Below, piece by piece: positions 26,701 through 39,872 of a stretch of 64,000 nt of DNA. The stretch's first letter is position 1. Each line of letters begins with the position of its first letter. This DNA is from Paraspadella gotoi (taxonomy: Eukaryota; Animalia; Chaetognatha). The notes beneath the pieces were generated by a model. It saw nothing but the letters and a program-made list of their open reading frames with translations. It made no database searches and had not been told where the DNA came from. The position numbers and the translations under genes are program-made. The stretch spans positions 3,266,026 through 3,330,025 of the forward strand of contig CM119269.1 of NCBI GenBank assembly GCA_051294375.1. Direction: 5' to 3'.

Positions 26701-29700
26701 CTACACCCAACCGAATCTCTTGTTTCGATACGAACGCATGGACAAAAAAGAAAACGAGAAAACTAGCAGAAGTAAATAGTTAAACGCCGAACAAAAAACA
26801 AAAACGCGATCACGAAACCGCCGATGAAGAATGTGGAAAAAATCTCAAAAAATCTCAACTTTTCCTCCCTATGATCTCTAAAACACATTCTTCCTCTTCT
26901 CTTCCTCGCTCATCTGCTCTTCCTCGTCGTCCTTTCCGGCGTCGTTATCGGCTCCGTCCGTGGGCGCCGATCGAAGTGGCGCCGGCGGCGGGAGTCGTGC
27001 CTGAAAGCGGCGCCGGCAGCGCTTCGGACGGAGCTGCTGTCGAAATCGCTTCCTTCGGGCCTCGCTTCTTCTCTCGATTCGGTGACGAGTCTCCGATCTC
27101 TCCCCTTCTAAACACCCCTCGACGATCCTCTCCGACTCTGTGGAATTTCTCGAGGAGCAACTGCGGAATCTTCCCAGAGAGGACGATGAGAGTTTCGCCG
27201 GAAGATTCCTCGGACGCGGAGGCAACGAGGAGGATGTTGGAAGGCGATTCATGGAGGCGGAGGCGGAGAAGATGGTGAGGAGCGAAAGAGAGAGTGGGGG
27301 AGGAAGAGGAAAGGTGACGACTCGGAGAGAGATGAGAGAAGAGAGGGAGGAGAGAGAGAGGAAGAATGAAGGGAAATTGAGGAATCGATACGCGAGTGGG
27401 GAAGAGAGAAAGGGAAAGAATGGAGGAGATAAAGAGACGAGAGAGAACGATGAAGGGCTGAGGAAGAAGGAGGCTCAGCGCGAAGGACGCACCAGCCAAG
27501 CGGCGCATAGCGTCTATTTGCCGCAGTCATTTTGGCGTCAATTGCCGACGGCTCCGTGGGAGTCACGACCGACCACGCGACGCAATCGGACGCCGACGAA
27601 ATCCGCTCGAGGGGAAAGCGCAACTTGCTCACGGATCTTCTTCGACCACACATGAACGAACTGACGGCCAAGCGGGAAACGAAAACGGTGCGGGGCGGCG
27701 GCGGCGGCTGGAGGCAACGAGCGATAACGGAGGCGGCAGGCAGCATGAGACGGCGGCAAGCGGCGGTAGAATGGCAAGCGACGTTTAAAGAATCCCCAGC
27801 AAGACTAGACGAATGTCTATGATCAGAAGGACGCATAGAAGGAGAAAGAATAGTATGCGCGGGACTGGAGGAATTGAGAGAGCCCAGGTGAGGACGAGTC
27901 ATGTGAAAAGGAGGAAATGACATGTTGAAAAGGATGGAGCCATTTTAGACGAGAGTTTAACATATTTAACGGTCCACTAGTCCTAGTATTCTTGGACACA
28001 AAACAGTAAGATGCGTTGGACGCATGACATGGTTTGAAAATTATATTGTGATAATAAGAAGTTTTTGTAAGTATAAGCATAACTTTTTAAATTTTTAATC
28101 GACCATGAAAACAAGGATCGTTGAGACTGTTTGGACAATTGTCCATTTTCGCATCCTTATTTCATATGTTTAATGTTTTATATTATATATTTCCTTTTTC
28201 CCAACATCTGGGTTTTTCAGATGACGGAGAGGCTCGTCGACTGACTGACGAAAGGCCATCTTCATGCTGAGGGGCTTTGTCTGGCGGTGGAACTCTGCTT
28301 CGTCAAACTTTGAAGAGCGGCCCTTTAATGAACGACTTCTCAATGTCAACGGCTTCCGGAAAATTTTCTCTTTCTCAAAAGAAAGTAGTCGACGAATGAG
28401 TGCGCGCGCGCAAGCGCAAGCGCACTGCTCTACCTGCAGTGTTTTTGTCCACGAAATGGCAGATTTCCGATTCAGAAAGTCTCGCCTCTCCAAAAACTGT
28501 CAAGAAATATGGGTCTCAGAAGAAGCAATGCGATGAATTGGGGAAAATTCTATCGAATTTTTTTCTTTTAAATTTGACTATTTAAGGGGTCGTTCATTTG
28601 CTCTCGTGTCAATTCGCCCTTTTCTTTTTTTTCGTCAGGACAAAATTTTTCACTGCAGTTTGTTGAACAAGCTAATGTGAGAATCTTGCTCAAAGATACG
28701 ATACTCTCCTTAAAGGATCGAAAGGAAATGGCGGATGAGAAGAAACCCAAAACGAGCATTTTCTATTTTTATTCATTTTAAATATAAAAATTAAAATGAG
28801 CGCACTTTAATTTGGTTTCTTCCTTGCAAGAACATTATTTCTATGAGATATCGTAGTTATTTATTTTCTAGAATTGCTAAAATATTTATTCTTTAATCAA
28901 TGTGTCATAAGCGCAATACGTGTTAAAGAAAAAAAATAGCGTTTAAAATGAAATCGTCATTAATCGCTGTTGAAGTGTAAGCAAACGTGAATTAGGAATT
29001 AAGGCTCAATCATTTCTTTGATACAACTGTCGTTCTATTTGTCATCGTGTGAAAACCAGTACTTCCTAATCTTCTTTTATTTACTTAAAAGTTTGTAGTA
29101 ACGTAAATATAATGTGAACAACAAAGCTTTTCAATATTAATAACAATATATTTACAACCAAGAATAGTATGCAGAATAAATACGATAATTCGCGGTTTGG
29201 TAATCAAGATTAAAGTTTAAACAAAAAAAACATCTAGATAGATAACATCAAACGAGTATTTTATTTTAATTACAAACTGATAGAAGATTACATTTCCCTC
29301 GCCTTGAGAGTCTTTTTTTTTGGGGTTTTTTTGCTTGACAAATTTTCTCTAACAAGGCAGCTCTTTGCGTGAAAATTATTGGACTAAAGAAGGTACATTG
29401 GTCTTTTTTTCCAAGTAACAATGAAATTAAAGTCTAACATTACGGAGCATACGTAACCCGGGGGCGCCTCTGTTACACTGAGAAAAAGACTTATTATAGC
29501 TTTTCCAAAAACCTTTACGGAATAAATCTCTACAGTTATTAAACGTACTTAAGATCGCTCTGTGTTAGCTTGGGTTTGGAAACTAGAATCGTATGTTAAC
29601 CGAAATGAAGGGTTTTCAGAATGCTAGTACATCTACTTTCACGGCAAACGAGTTGTGTTAATAAATATTTGTAGGGGAATGTCAGCGAGACTGCTGAAAT

Positions 29701-29920
29701 GACACCGACACTGCACAAGCAGGGAATTAACGTATGCGCTCAACAGTCGAAAAAATTGAGGGTGTTCGAGCCATAAAAATTAGATTAAAGAACCAAAATA
29801 TTATTTAAGATTTATAATAGTAGATGGCGCAGCTTTAATTCTTATTCTTAGTAGGCTCACAACTCTATCATAAGCGTATAGATTTGGCTTTTGGAATTCC
29901 GCATTTGGCAACACAATCTT
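19999..29920 (-). repeat. Inverted block (copy 2 of the 9-kb segment plus 0.9 kb flank); direct repeat of 33261-42800
   Basis: Begins tatagatcgagtaagaaagcgg, identical to 33261; its reverse complement abuts 29921 (…ctcgatctata|aaactttaatgag…) exactly as the minus strand reads at ~33247-33271. Confidence 0.95.
26871..28585 (+). CDS. Unknown secreted precursor gene, copy 2
   Basis: ATG at 26871; ORF fragments EFLEEQLRNLPREDDE, DEIRSRGKRNLLTDLLRPHMNELT, MLRGFVWRWNS..FEERPFNERLLNVNGFRKIFSF. Confidence 0.5.
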
Positions 29921-30166
29921 AAACTTTAATGAGATTTCATGGTTAAATGAACTTTTCAACACTTTCTACGAAACCCATCGGAATCATGACGAAAATCTGA
30001 AATACCTTAACTAAACATCGATCGATCCGAACGCCGCTCCATTAGATTTAGGATAAAAGAGCAATTAATTAAAGAGGAGTCACGAAAAAGGATAATGTGT
30101 CATCCTTAAAACGACTTTGTGTTCCGTTAAATTGGATTTTTAAAGCTCGCCGCGCATTCTTACGCT

Positions 30167-30206
<40 letters not shown>

Positions 30207-30566
30207 TGTTGTAGTCAATTCATGCGTGGATGTTTAATTTCCTTTTTTTTTCTCCTTTTGCACTTCATTTAAAAGAGGCCGTCAATTTTTGAAGTACCAT
30301 CTCTCCAATCCGTCACCCTCTTTGCAGAATAAATGAAAAATTCAGTTTATCATTAAACCTGCAGCTCACAATTCAAAATACAGTCTTTGCTAGTTTTTAA
30401 AAACAAACTTGAACTACGAAATGTCAACATGGCTCGTCCATATTCGACGCCTCGTAAAAAAAAACAAAAAAACAATCAAACAAACGGACGTCTTTCCAGC
30501 ATGATTAAAATCGAAACAAAAAGAAAATAAACAAAAGACTCGGATGTACATATAAACAAAAGATAA

Positions 30567-31494
30567 ATGGCTAACGCGAACTTTTACTCTTTGCCTCGAC
30601 CTCCTCGAGGAACGACGACGACGGCAACGACGACGACTACGACGACGACGAAATGGCCGGCGTCTCAGGATCGATTCTCTCCTCAGAACCCAAACAAATC
30701 CGGTTATCATCATCTCCGTCGGGTCCCGAGATCGAATCCACGAAATTCGCCGAATCAAGACTCGACTCATTTTCGGCCGGAAATTCGTCCGCCCGTTCGA
30801 CGTCAGCCACAACAACGACAACAGGATTACCGAGAACAACAACAACGACAACAACAACAACCAGAGCGTCTACAACATCAACAACATCATCGCCAAGAAA
30901 ACCAAACGCATTTTCGAGATCGACCGCCGCAGCGCGCGCAACCTCAAGAGGACAGAAAGAGAATCTCCTCGCCGCTGCCGCCACCTCCAGTGGCTCCCCC
31001 ACCGCCGTTTGACGACCGACCGTCCCAGCCGCCCCATCCGCCCCAGCCGCCCCCTCCCTTCAAAGGGTCGCCCCGCCGCAACAACTCGGATTCCGTCTAC
31101 GTCCGTCTCATCCGCCCAAACGGCGTCTTCGTCGATCGCGGCGGAAGAATCGGACTCGTTGTCGGCGGCAGCAGCGGCAGCGGCAGCAGCGGCTACGGCG
31201 TCGTCGGCAGCGGCGGAAGCGTTCAAACTCGCGGCGTCGTTAGTAACGGTAGAAGCGAAAAAATTGGAAGCGTGACAAATAGAGGAGGCGGTGGAAGCGA
31301 CTTTAGCTTCGGCGGCGACGACCTTCGCTACGAAGGTCGAAGCGGCGGAAGCGATCGTCCGCTCCTGCCTCATGATTCAGTCGTCTCGCGGGAAGAGTCG
31401 GTTGATGGCAGAGAGAGACGCCTAGCGGACGCTGCGACGAAGGGGATGGGAAAAAGGAACGCTTATCGCAACGACGACGACGAAAATAACGACG
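30567..31494 (+). CDS. NAV: Neuron navigator long first coding exon, 5' part (Thr/Gln/Pro/Gly-rich, disordered)
   Basis: Clean ~309-codon ORF from ATG (MANANFYSLPRPPRG…) open up to the gap; its continuation is recoverable from the reverse complement of 31520-31625 and from 42801-42956, which splices in phase 0 to the CH exon. Assignment to NAV is inferred. Confidence 0.65.
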
Positions 31495-31519
31495 NNNNNN
31501 NNNNNNNNNNNNNNNNNNN

Positions 31520-33260
31520 CGGCGTCGGCTGCGGCGCGCTCGCGCCCTGCGGCGTCGGCTGGCGGCGTCGGCTGCGGGGCGGGATGGCTAGTTTACGATG
31601 TCCTCGCCTTTCATGAGTTTCGTCGTGTTATATTTCGTCGTCGGTCGTTGGCGATAACGGTGTTCCTTTTCCCCATCCCTTCGTCGCAGTCGTCCGCTAG
31701 GCGTCTCTCCTCTGCCATCGAACGGTACTTTCCCCGCGAGACGACTGAATCATTGAGGCAGGAGCGGACGATCGCTATTCCGCGCTTCGACTTCGTAGCG
31801 AAGGTCCGTGCCGCCCGAAGCTAAAAGTTCGCTTCACCACCGCTCCTCATTTGTTCACAGCTTCCAATTTTTTCGCTTCTAAACGCGCATTACTAACGAC
31901 GCCCGCGAGTTTGAAACGCTTCCGCCGATGCCGGACGAACGCCGTAGCCGCTGCTGCCGCTGCCGCTGCATGCCGCCGACAACGAAGCCGAGATTCTTCG
32001 CCGCGATCGAACGAAGGACGCCGTTTGGGCGGGATGAGACGGACGTAGACGGAATCCGAGTTGTTGGCGGCGGGGCGACCCTTTGAAGGGAGGGGGCGGC
32101 TGGGCGGATGGGGCCGGCTGGGACGGTCGTACGTCGTCAAACGGCGGTGGGGGAGCTCACTGGAGGTGGCGGGCAGCGGCGAGGAGATTCTCTTCTGTCC
32201 TCTTGAGGTGCGCAGCGCTGCGCGGTCGATCTCGAAAAATGCGTTGGTTTTCTGTGGACGATGTTGTTTATGTTGTAGACGCCTCTGGTTGTTGTTGTTG
32301 TCGTTGTTGTTGTTCTCGGTAATCCCTGTTGTCGTTGTTGTGGTGACGTCGAACGGGCGGACGAAATTTCCGGCCGAAGAAATGATGCGAGTCTTGAATT
32401 CGGAATTTGCGTGGTATTCGATCTCGGGACCAGAGTGAGAATGATGATAACCGGCATTTGTTTGGGTTCTGGAGGAGAGAATCAATCCTGAGACGCCCGG
32501 CATTTCGTGTCGTCGAAGTCGTCGTGGTTGCCGTCGTCGTCCGTTCCTCGAGGAGGTCGAGGCAAAGAGTAAAAGTTCGCGCGTTAGGCCATTTATCTTT
32601 GTTTATAATGTACATCCCGAAGTTTTTTGTTTATTTTCTTCGTTTCCGTTATTTAATCAATGCTGGAAAGACGTCCGTTTGTTTGATTGTTTTTTTGTTT
32701 TTTTTCGAGGCGTCGAATATGGAGAGGCCATGTTGGACATTTCGTAGTTCAAGTTTGGTTTGTTAAAAACTAGCCAAAGACTGTATTTTGAATTGTTAGC
32801 TGGCAGTTAATGATAAAACCTGAATTTTTCCATTTATTCTGCAAAGAGGGTGACGGGATTGGAGAGATGGTACTTCAAAAATTGACGGCCTCTTTTAATG
32901 AAGTGGCAAAAGGAGAAAAAAAAAGGAAATTAAACATCCACGCAGTGAATTGACTACGAACAAGCGACGAGGACGAAGACGACGACTGACGACGACGACG
33001 ACGACGACGAGCGTAAGAATTGCGCGGCGAGCTTTAAAAATCCAATTTACGGATACAAAGTTCGTTTTAAGGATGAACACATTAATACCTTTTTCGTGAC
33101 TCCTCTTTAATTAATTGCTCTTTTATCCTAAATCTAATGGAGCGGCGTTCGGATCGATCGATGTTTTAGTTAAGGTATTTCAGATTTTCCGTCATGATTC
33201 CGATGGTTTTCGTAGAAAGTGGTTGAAAAGTTCATTTAAACATGAATCTCATTAAAGTTT
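31520..33260 (-). repeat. Inverted, noisier copy of 29921-31494, including the NAV first exon (ATG complement at 32590-32592)
   Basis: gccatttatctttg at ~32588 is the reverse complement of caaagataaatggc at ~30558; mirrored across the 31495-31519 gap. Confidence 0.95.
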
Positions 33261-33630
33261 TATAGATCGAGTAAGAAAGCGGCGGAATTCTAAAGAAGTA
33301 ACGCGATATTTTAGAATTTAACATCGGAAAATCGTTATTTGTGCGGCCGACTTGGAATGATGTTCTTGTTATATTAAATTTTATTGTTTTTTTATTAATC
33401 ATTTGTGGTTTAGTATATTTTAATTGGTTATGTTGTTGTGATACGTGAACGAAGAATACAATGTGAAAAGAAAAAGAGAGTCAAAAAAATTCTCAATTAA
33501 AGGTTTCACACAGTACGAATTTTAAAAAATTGGAGATTTTATTATTTGTGTCGTTTTTGGAGAAAAAAAAAATTCGAAGTAGTAAGGAAAAAATGCATTT
33601 CAATTGACGGCAATTAACAACGAAAGGTCG

Positions 33631-33668
<38 letters not shown>

Positions 33669-33676
33669 GTCTCGTG

Positions 33677-33708
<32 letters not shown>

Positions 33709-33744
33709 ATCTTTCTCTCTCTCTTTTTTGCTTTATCTCTTCTT

Positions 33745-33782
<38 letters not shown>

Positions 33783-34102
33783 TCTCCTCTCCATCTCTCT
33801 TCATCTCTCTCATCTCTCTCTCGTCTCTCTCTCTCTCTCTCCTCTCCCTACCCCGGCACATCTGGCATCTTGATTCGATCTCAAGAGACCACAAAACCAA
33901 TCTTTCCGACGAGAAAATAAAAAAAACCAAACAAAAAAATCACAGTACGGATATGTGGATAAAGATGCGGAAAGAACTAAACAAGTCAGTCCGGAGATCC
34001 GAACAGACACGAAAAAAAACAAATAGTTGGGGTGATAAAGAATACGAGAGAGAGAGAGAGAGAAGAGAGAAGAGAGAGAGAAAGAGAGAGAGAGAGAGGA
34101 GT

Positions 34103-34160
<58 letters not shown>

Positions 34161-34715
34161 AAATCAAATAAAACAACATTTTTCGGTGTCAACTTCGAAA
34201 AAAAAAACTGAGTGGACACGATGGTTGAAATGTGATTCGAAGCGACTTTTTCGGCTTTTGTATTATTTTTTTTTTCGTTCGGTGTGAGATCGTTAAAAAC
34301 TGTTTTTACCGTCAACGAATTTTATCTCGTGGAGGTTTAATCGAGGAATGAAAACCTCCACTGTACCGGTTATATACTTTTTAAAGTCGTTTCAAAACGC
34401 CAGTTGGTTTTTTTTTTTCTTTATTTTCTATGAACGTATTTTTAATGTATTGTTTGTTTTTTTTAAATTAGTTTTTTATCAAAAATTCTAAAATGCAAGT
34501 CCGACGATAATCTTTTTATAGTTATGTAAGATTTAAAACAAACGAAACAGAATAAAAGAGAAAGGTTGAAACTCGTCTGGCCAACCGGTATCGTGTCCGG
34601 GAGAATCGACTTGGAATCGAATGCACGCATTTTCTCTTCCTCAACTTTTTTTTCCTTCGCAGTTTTCGTCCGTCGCCGGATTCTCTTTCCCCGCCTTCCC
34701 CTTCCCCTTTCTGGG

Positions 34716-34794
<79 letters not shown>

Positions 34795-36299
34795 TTCCTC
34801 CCCTCCCTTTTCCTTTCCTCCCGACTTTCAAATTTCGTTTTCAATGCAGAGATCCGAAACGAGTAAACAGAATCCATCTTCGCCTGAATCGCTTTTCTCT
34901 TCCCAATATCGACCCTATTCGATGTAATTTTCATCCTCCTCGACCTCCTATGCATAGTATGCAGCCTCCACTGGTCATATAAACTCAACCAAATCGCTAG
35001 CCCGATTTCTCCGGTCTCCGTTTTCTCTGACTCCTTTACCACAATCCCACGTGAGCATCTACGCGCTGACTCGCACACACCTCAACGGAATTTTTGGTCA
35101 TTCGCGTCGCGAATGAAATTCTTAGAGTTCGAGGTAGAAACCAACGAAAGTTAACATTAGTCTAATAATAGTTAAATTACAAACCATTCCACAGTCGGCG
35201 CAAGAGAGCTTATTATTGGATGAAATTAATTGTGTCCCAATTGCATTTATCCACGCATAGTATGTAAAAAAAAACCAACTAATCTACCACGTAGGAAAAC
35301 TCAGATATTTCATTTAAAAAAAACGTTAAAATTTGAAAGAACAACAACAATTCTTTAACCCTTAAAACCGTCACTTCTTCTTCGGCTTCCGCTGCAGCTG
35401 CTGAAGCGGCGGTGGCGGAGACGCCGCCGATTTTACGCGTCGGCGACACGAAACGCGACAGGAGTTGGAAATTACCAGAGGCGTTTTGTCGCAGTTGAGG
35501 TTCCGGGGTGGAGAATGGGGATGGAGAAAGAGGTGCGGGAAAAGGGAGAAGAGAGGAAAAGAAAAGAGAAGAGAGAGAAGAAAAGAAAAGAAAAGAAAGA
35601 AAAGAAAAGAAAAGAAAAGAAAAGAAAAGAAGAAAGAAAAGAAAAGAAAGAAAAGAGAAGAGAAGAAAAGAGACGAGACGAGACGAGAAAAGAAATAAAT
35701 AAAAGAAAAGAAAAGAAAGGAAAAGAAGAGGGAGAAGAGAGAGAGGAGAATACCAAAAGAACAAAAGAAATAAAAAGAAAAAAAGAAAGGAAAGATAGAG
35801 AGAAGAAAAGGAAATTTCGTGAGAAAAGGAAAAAGAGAGGAAGAAAGTAAGCGAAGGAAGAAGAAGGAATGCAAGAAGGAAGCAAGAAGGAAGGAAGGAA
35901 GGAAGGAAGGAAGGAAGGAAGGAAGGAAGGAAGGAGGAAGGAAGGAAGGAAGAAGGAAGGAAGTAATGGTGAGTTAGCTAAGTAAGTCTCTGCGGTGGAG
36001 CAGAGTTTTTGACTCCTGGCGATATCACCAATTGATCATCAAGGAAAAAAGATTGGATAGAAATCAAGGATATCGAAATATATAGTAGTAGTTGTATTTT
36101 TGTAAAATTTTTTGTAAGTGGCTCCTGTCTCGAATATCCCAGATATTTGTTCCATCTCCAATTACAGAATAGTTCATAAATATTAAATTAATGCAGTTTT
36201 CACGACGGTTCGAAACGCCGAACTACTACGAATCCCCACTTTAATTGCAGTCACCGCTAGAACCATCGTCAACCCTTTTAACCAGCGTCACGCAGTCAC

Positions 36300-36515
36300 T
36301 GTCACCGACTCTCACCCGACTCTCACCGACTCTCACCGACTCTCACCGACTCTCACCGACTCTCACGGACTCTCACCGACTCTCACCGACTCTCACCGAC
36401 TCTCACCGACTCTCACCGACTCTCACCGACTGTCACGGACTCTCACCGACTCTCACCGACTCTCACCGACTCCCACCGACTCTCACCGACTCTCACCGAC
36501 TCTCACCGACTGTCA
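36300..36515. repeat. 10-bp minisatellite (TCTCACCGAC)n, ~21 units; noisy copy at ~23158-23400
   Basis: Near-perfect tandem units visible directly. Confidence 0.95.
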
Positions 36516-36877
36516 CGACGCCCTCAGTGATTAAAAATCAGGAAAATCGACTGAGGCGATCAGACGCCGGAACTTTTTCTCTTCGCTTCGATCTCCTCAC
36601 CAAATTTTATTACTTTCCAATTCGCGAATCTTGGCGGGGAAATTGGAGTGGAGGGGAGGGAAGATGGGTGGGGGTGGGGGTGGGGGGCGTTGAAATTGAT
36701 GGCTTTGAGGGGCATCGGGGTGGGCCTGGGGGCCGGGTGAGGGGGGGGGGAAATGGTAGGACAGAGAAATTTTATAGAGGTGGAAATATTTTTAAACTCA
36801 GAAACGATAAATATCAGTTAATTTTATTTTATTATTTTTTATTTATTTATTTATTTATTATTTATTATTATTTATTT

Positions 36878-36913
<36 letters not shown>

Positions 36914-38722
36914 TTTTTTTTTTATTTATTCAATTGGTGATTGATGGATTGATTGATTGATAAAAATAAAAGGTTTCTGGAGATCAATAAAAGAAGGGAA
37001 AAGTCGAAATACTTTGATCGCGATGGGAAAATAAAATTAGCCGAAATTCGGGAGAGAGAGAGAAACAAATTGTTTGGTCGCGAGCGAAATCGTTGGGTGA
37101 AATAAAAGTAAAGGCGGGGCATTTATCTTGGAGAAGAAGAACCTTTTCTATTGAGGAGTGAATTTCAAACGAGGAATCTGATAAAAAAAAAAAAATCGAT
37201 CGAGATATAGGGGGAGAAAGGAAAATCGATGGGCGTGACTAGTGACTAGTGACTCGTGACCGTCACATCGAACTCGGCTGGGGATTTCCTCGTAATCTGC
37301 GGCAAGAGTGAAATCTGAAAGGCTTTCTCACGCGGGGGATGATTGAGGAAGTCGTTCTCGTAAGCGTGATCCTCGGGTCACGTGAATCACGTTCACAACA
37401 CAGATCCAGATCTAATTTTCCATCTTCTCAAAAGTGTGGGTTTTTTTTTTTCAGAGCCACGTGCGATGAAGAGATTTCGTGGGAAAAAAAATTACGCGGA
37501 ATCCGCCGACGACGATGACGACGACGATGACAACGACGATGACAACGACGATGACGACGAGATGACGGATGAAACGTTGTCATCTGACCTGTCAAGTCAA
37601 GTCGAGGGTCAAAGATGACGACGAACGATGACGTCGACGATTCCGACGACGACGACGACGACGATGACAATGACGATGACGACAACGATGACGACGACGA
37701 TCACGACATCGCAGATAAAACGGAAATGACATTAGGACGCGAGTTTACGTCAACCCGAGCTGGCTTTATCTGACGAAGTCAGCCTACCAGGCAGACCGGT
37801 GTTTGTTTGAATAAAACTTATTTCTATGTTGATAATTTTTTTATATTGTTAATTTGTTTATGAGTTTTTCGTCATATAGAAATTGTATCAAATATTGCAA
37901 TCTTGGCTCGTTTGAAAAAATTTCCTTTGCTTTCGTTCTCATAAAATTAACAAATTTCGTAGTGAAATCTTTAGATATTAAATTATTAACAGATTGTATA
38001 AATGTCATCAGAACATAGCGAAGAACGTTTAAACAAAACGATCGACCAAAAACCGTCTCATTGAAACGACATGATTAAAATATATTTCATTTCATTTCTT
38101 AAGACGAAAGCCCTCGTCTTTTCGTATTTATCTTTGGTAATTTGCACCCTTTGCTCTTTATTCCAGAGTCAAAAATGGTTTTTAAGAAACTAATAAGATA
38201 TTATGAAAAAAGGATTTAACTTAAATTATGGATTAAACTAAACTTCTTTTTTTTAAATTAAAAAAATTCATTTTTTAAAAAAATGTTTAAAAATGTATGC
38301 CTTTTATAAAAAGTTTCATTTTAATCGCTTAATTTTGACTCAAAAAGCAATTTTAAAAAATTATTAGGATTGATTGTCACAACGATTTTAGACAAGTGAC
38401 TGTCACAACGAAGTCAAGTTTTCGATCCCTCTCGAGATTAAAACGAATAAGAAAACATTCCAAGACAGACAGGTCCCCTTAAAACGAAAAAAAACCTGGC
38501 GAAAAATTAATAATCGAAACTAATGTTTTCTTACCTTTGATCTAATTAAACTCTACAATATTTGTAAAAAAAACAAAGAATGAAACAATTACAAACGCAT
38601 GACCACAAGACAAGGAAGACAACGAGAAAGACACAACGATGACCGAACGGTGTCGCCATGGCTGTATTGAAGACGAGGAGAAGGAGAAGAAGAAGAAGAA
38701 GAGAAGAGAAGAAGAAGAAGAA

Positions 38723-38764
<42 letters not shown>

Positions 38765-38797
38765 CGGAGACACCATGGCGCCGATGTCGGAATTTTG

Positions 38798-38900
38798 TGA
38801 CGTCAATATCGACGACGAGAAAGACGACGACGAAGACGACGGCCACGACGACGCGGCCAGGTATAAAAGAGCCCGCGCCTCCCCTTAAGTTAAAGTCTGG
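38798..38900 (+). promoter_or_regulatory. Candidate core promoter: CRE TGACGTCA (38798-38805), TATAAAAG (38862-38869), Inr-like TAAGTT/TAAAGTC ~25-30 bp downstream (copy 2 at 25773-25840)
   Basis: Motifs present in all three copies, ~1 kb upstream of and co-oriented with the signal-peptide ORF. Confidence 0.45.
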
Positions 38901-39872
38901 AATATCTAGAATCTTGCCAACTTAAAAAAAGTATTTGAAAACGGCATTCAATTTGCACTCCGTTCAAGCTCTGTCTACTTGCCAAGTTTTTTTAAAAAAT
39001 AAACTAAACGCGAAAAAATATCGCAACGATACCGACGATATTCAAAATCAAATAAAAATAATAAATTCATTTTAAAAAAAACGTCAATTATCAAAGACAA
39101 AACAATCGAGGTGAAAAATTAACGCACACGCTCTTAAGATTTCACGAATGTAAACTCAGTCCTGCAATAACGCTTCCAGTTTCCTCTGGATTGGCGAACA
39201 CAAAACAAAATAAAAATAAAACATTTAATCTGGCGCGTTTTTCTCTAACCTTTCGTAGACGAATCCACGGCGTTTCAAAAACTTACGAAACAGACCAACA
39301 TAACGAGACAAAAAATACCTTTAAACTTTTCCTTTCTTTAACTCCCGGTTTTTGTCTCACTCATTGTGACGGCTCGTGACGGACCGCACCTGGTTCACGT
39401 AACGTCTGCTGTCGGTCCAAATTTGGAAACGCTGTCGTGTCAGCCACACTTTGTTTTGTTCCGCGTTACAATAAAATCGGCGTCCTTCATCGTCGACCAG
39501 CAAAAAAACTCATTTCGTCTTTGACCGTTCGACGAAGACAGATACGGCACAGACAGAGATAGAGAGAGGACAAAAAACTCAATTGCCAACAATCCCTTTT
39601 AATTGACCTTAGGCAATACAGAAAAACTTTAAAATCTCTAAAATCTATTAAAAAAAATTAAAAACTCGACTTCTGCCTACGAAGTCATTTTCAAGGTCAT
39701 CACACCCAAACCGAATCTCTTTGTTTCGATACGAAACGACATGACAAAAAAAAGAAACGAGAAAACTACAGAAAGTAAATAGTAAACCCGAAACAAAAAA
39801 CAAAAACGCATACACGAAACGCCGAAGAAAATGTGGAAAAAATCTCAAAAAATCTCAACTTCTTTCCTCCCT

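Noticed and set aside
10960-33260. Giant foldback transposon or long terminal inverted repeats
   Set aside because: The arms contain ordinary genic and intergenic DNA, with no transposase or integrase and no target-site duplication, and the symmetry centres fall at or next to N gaps
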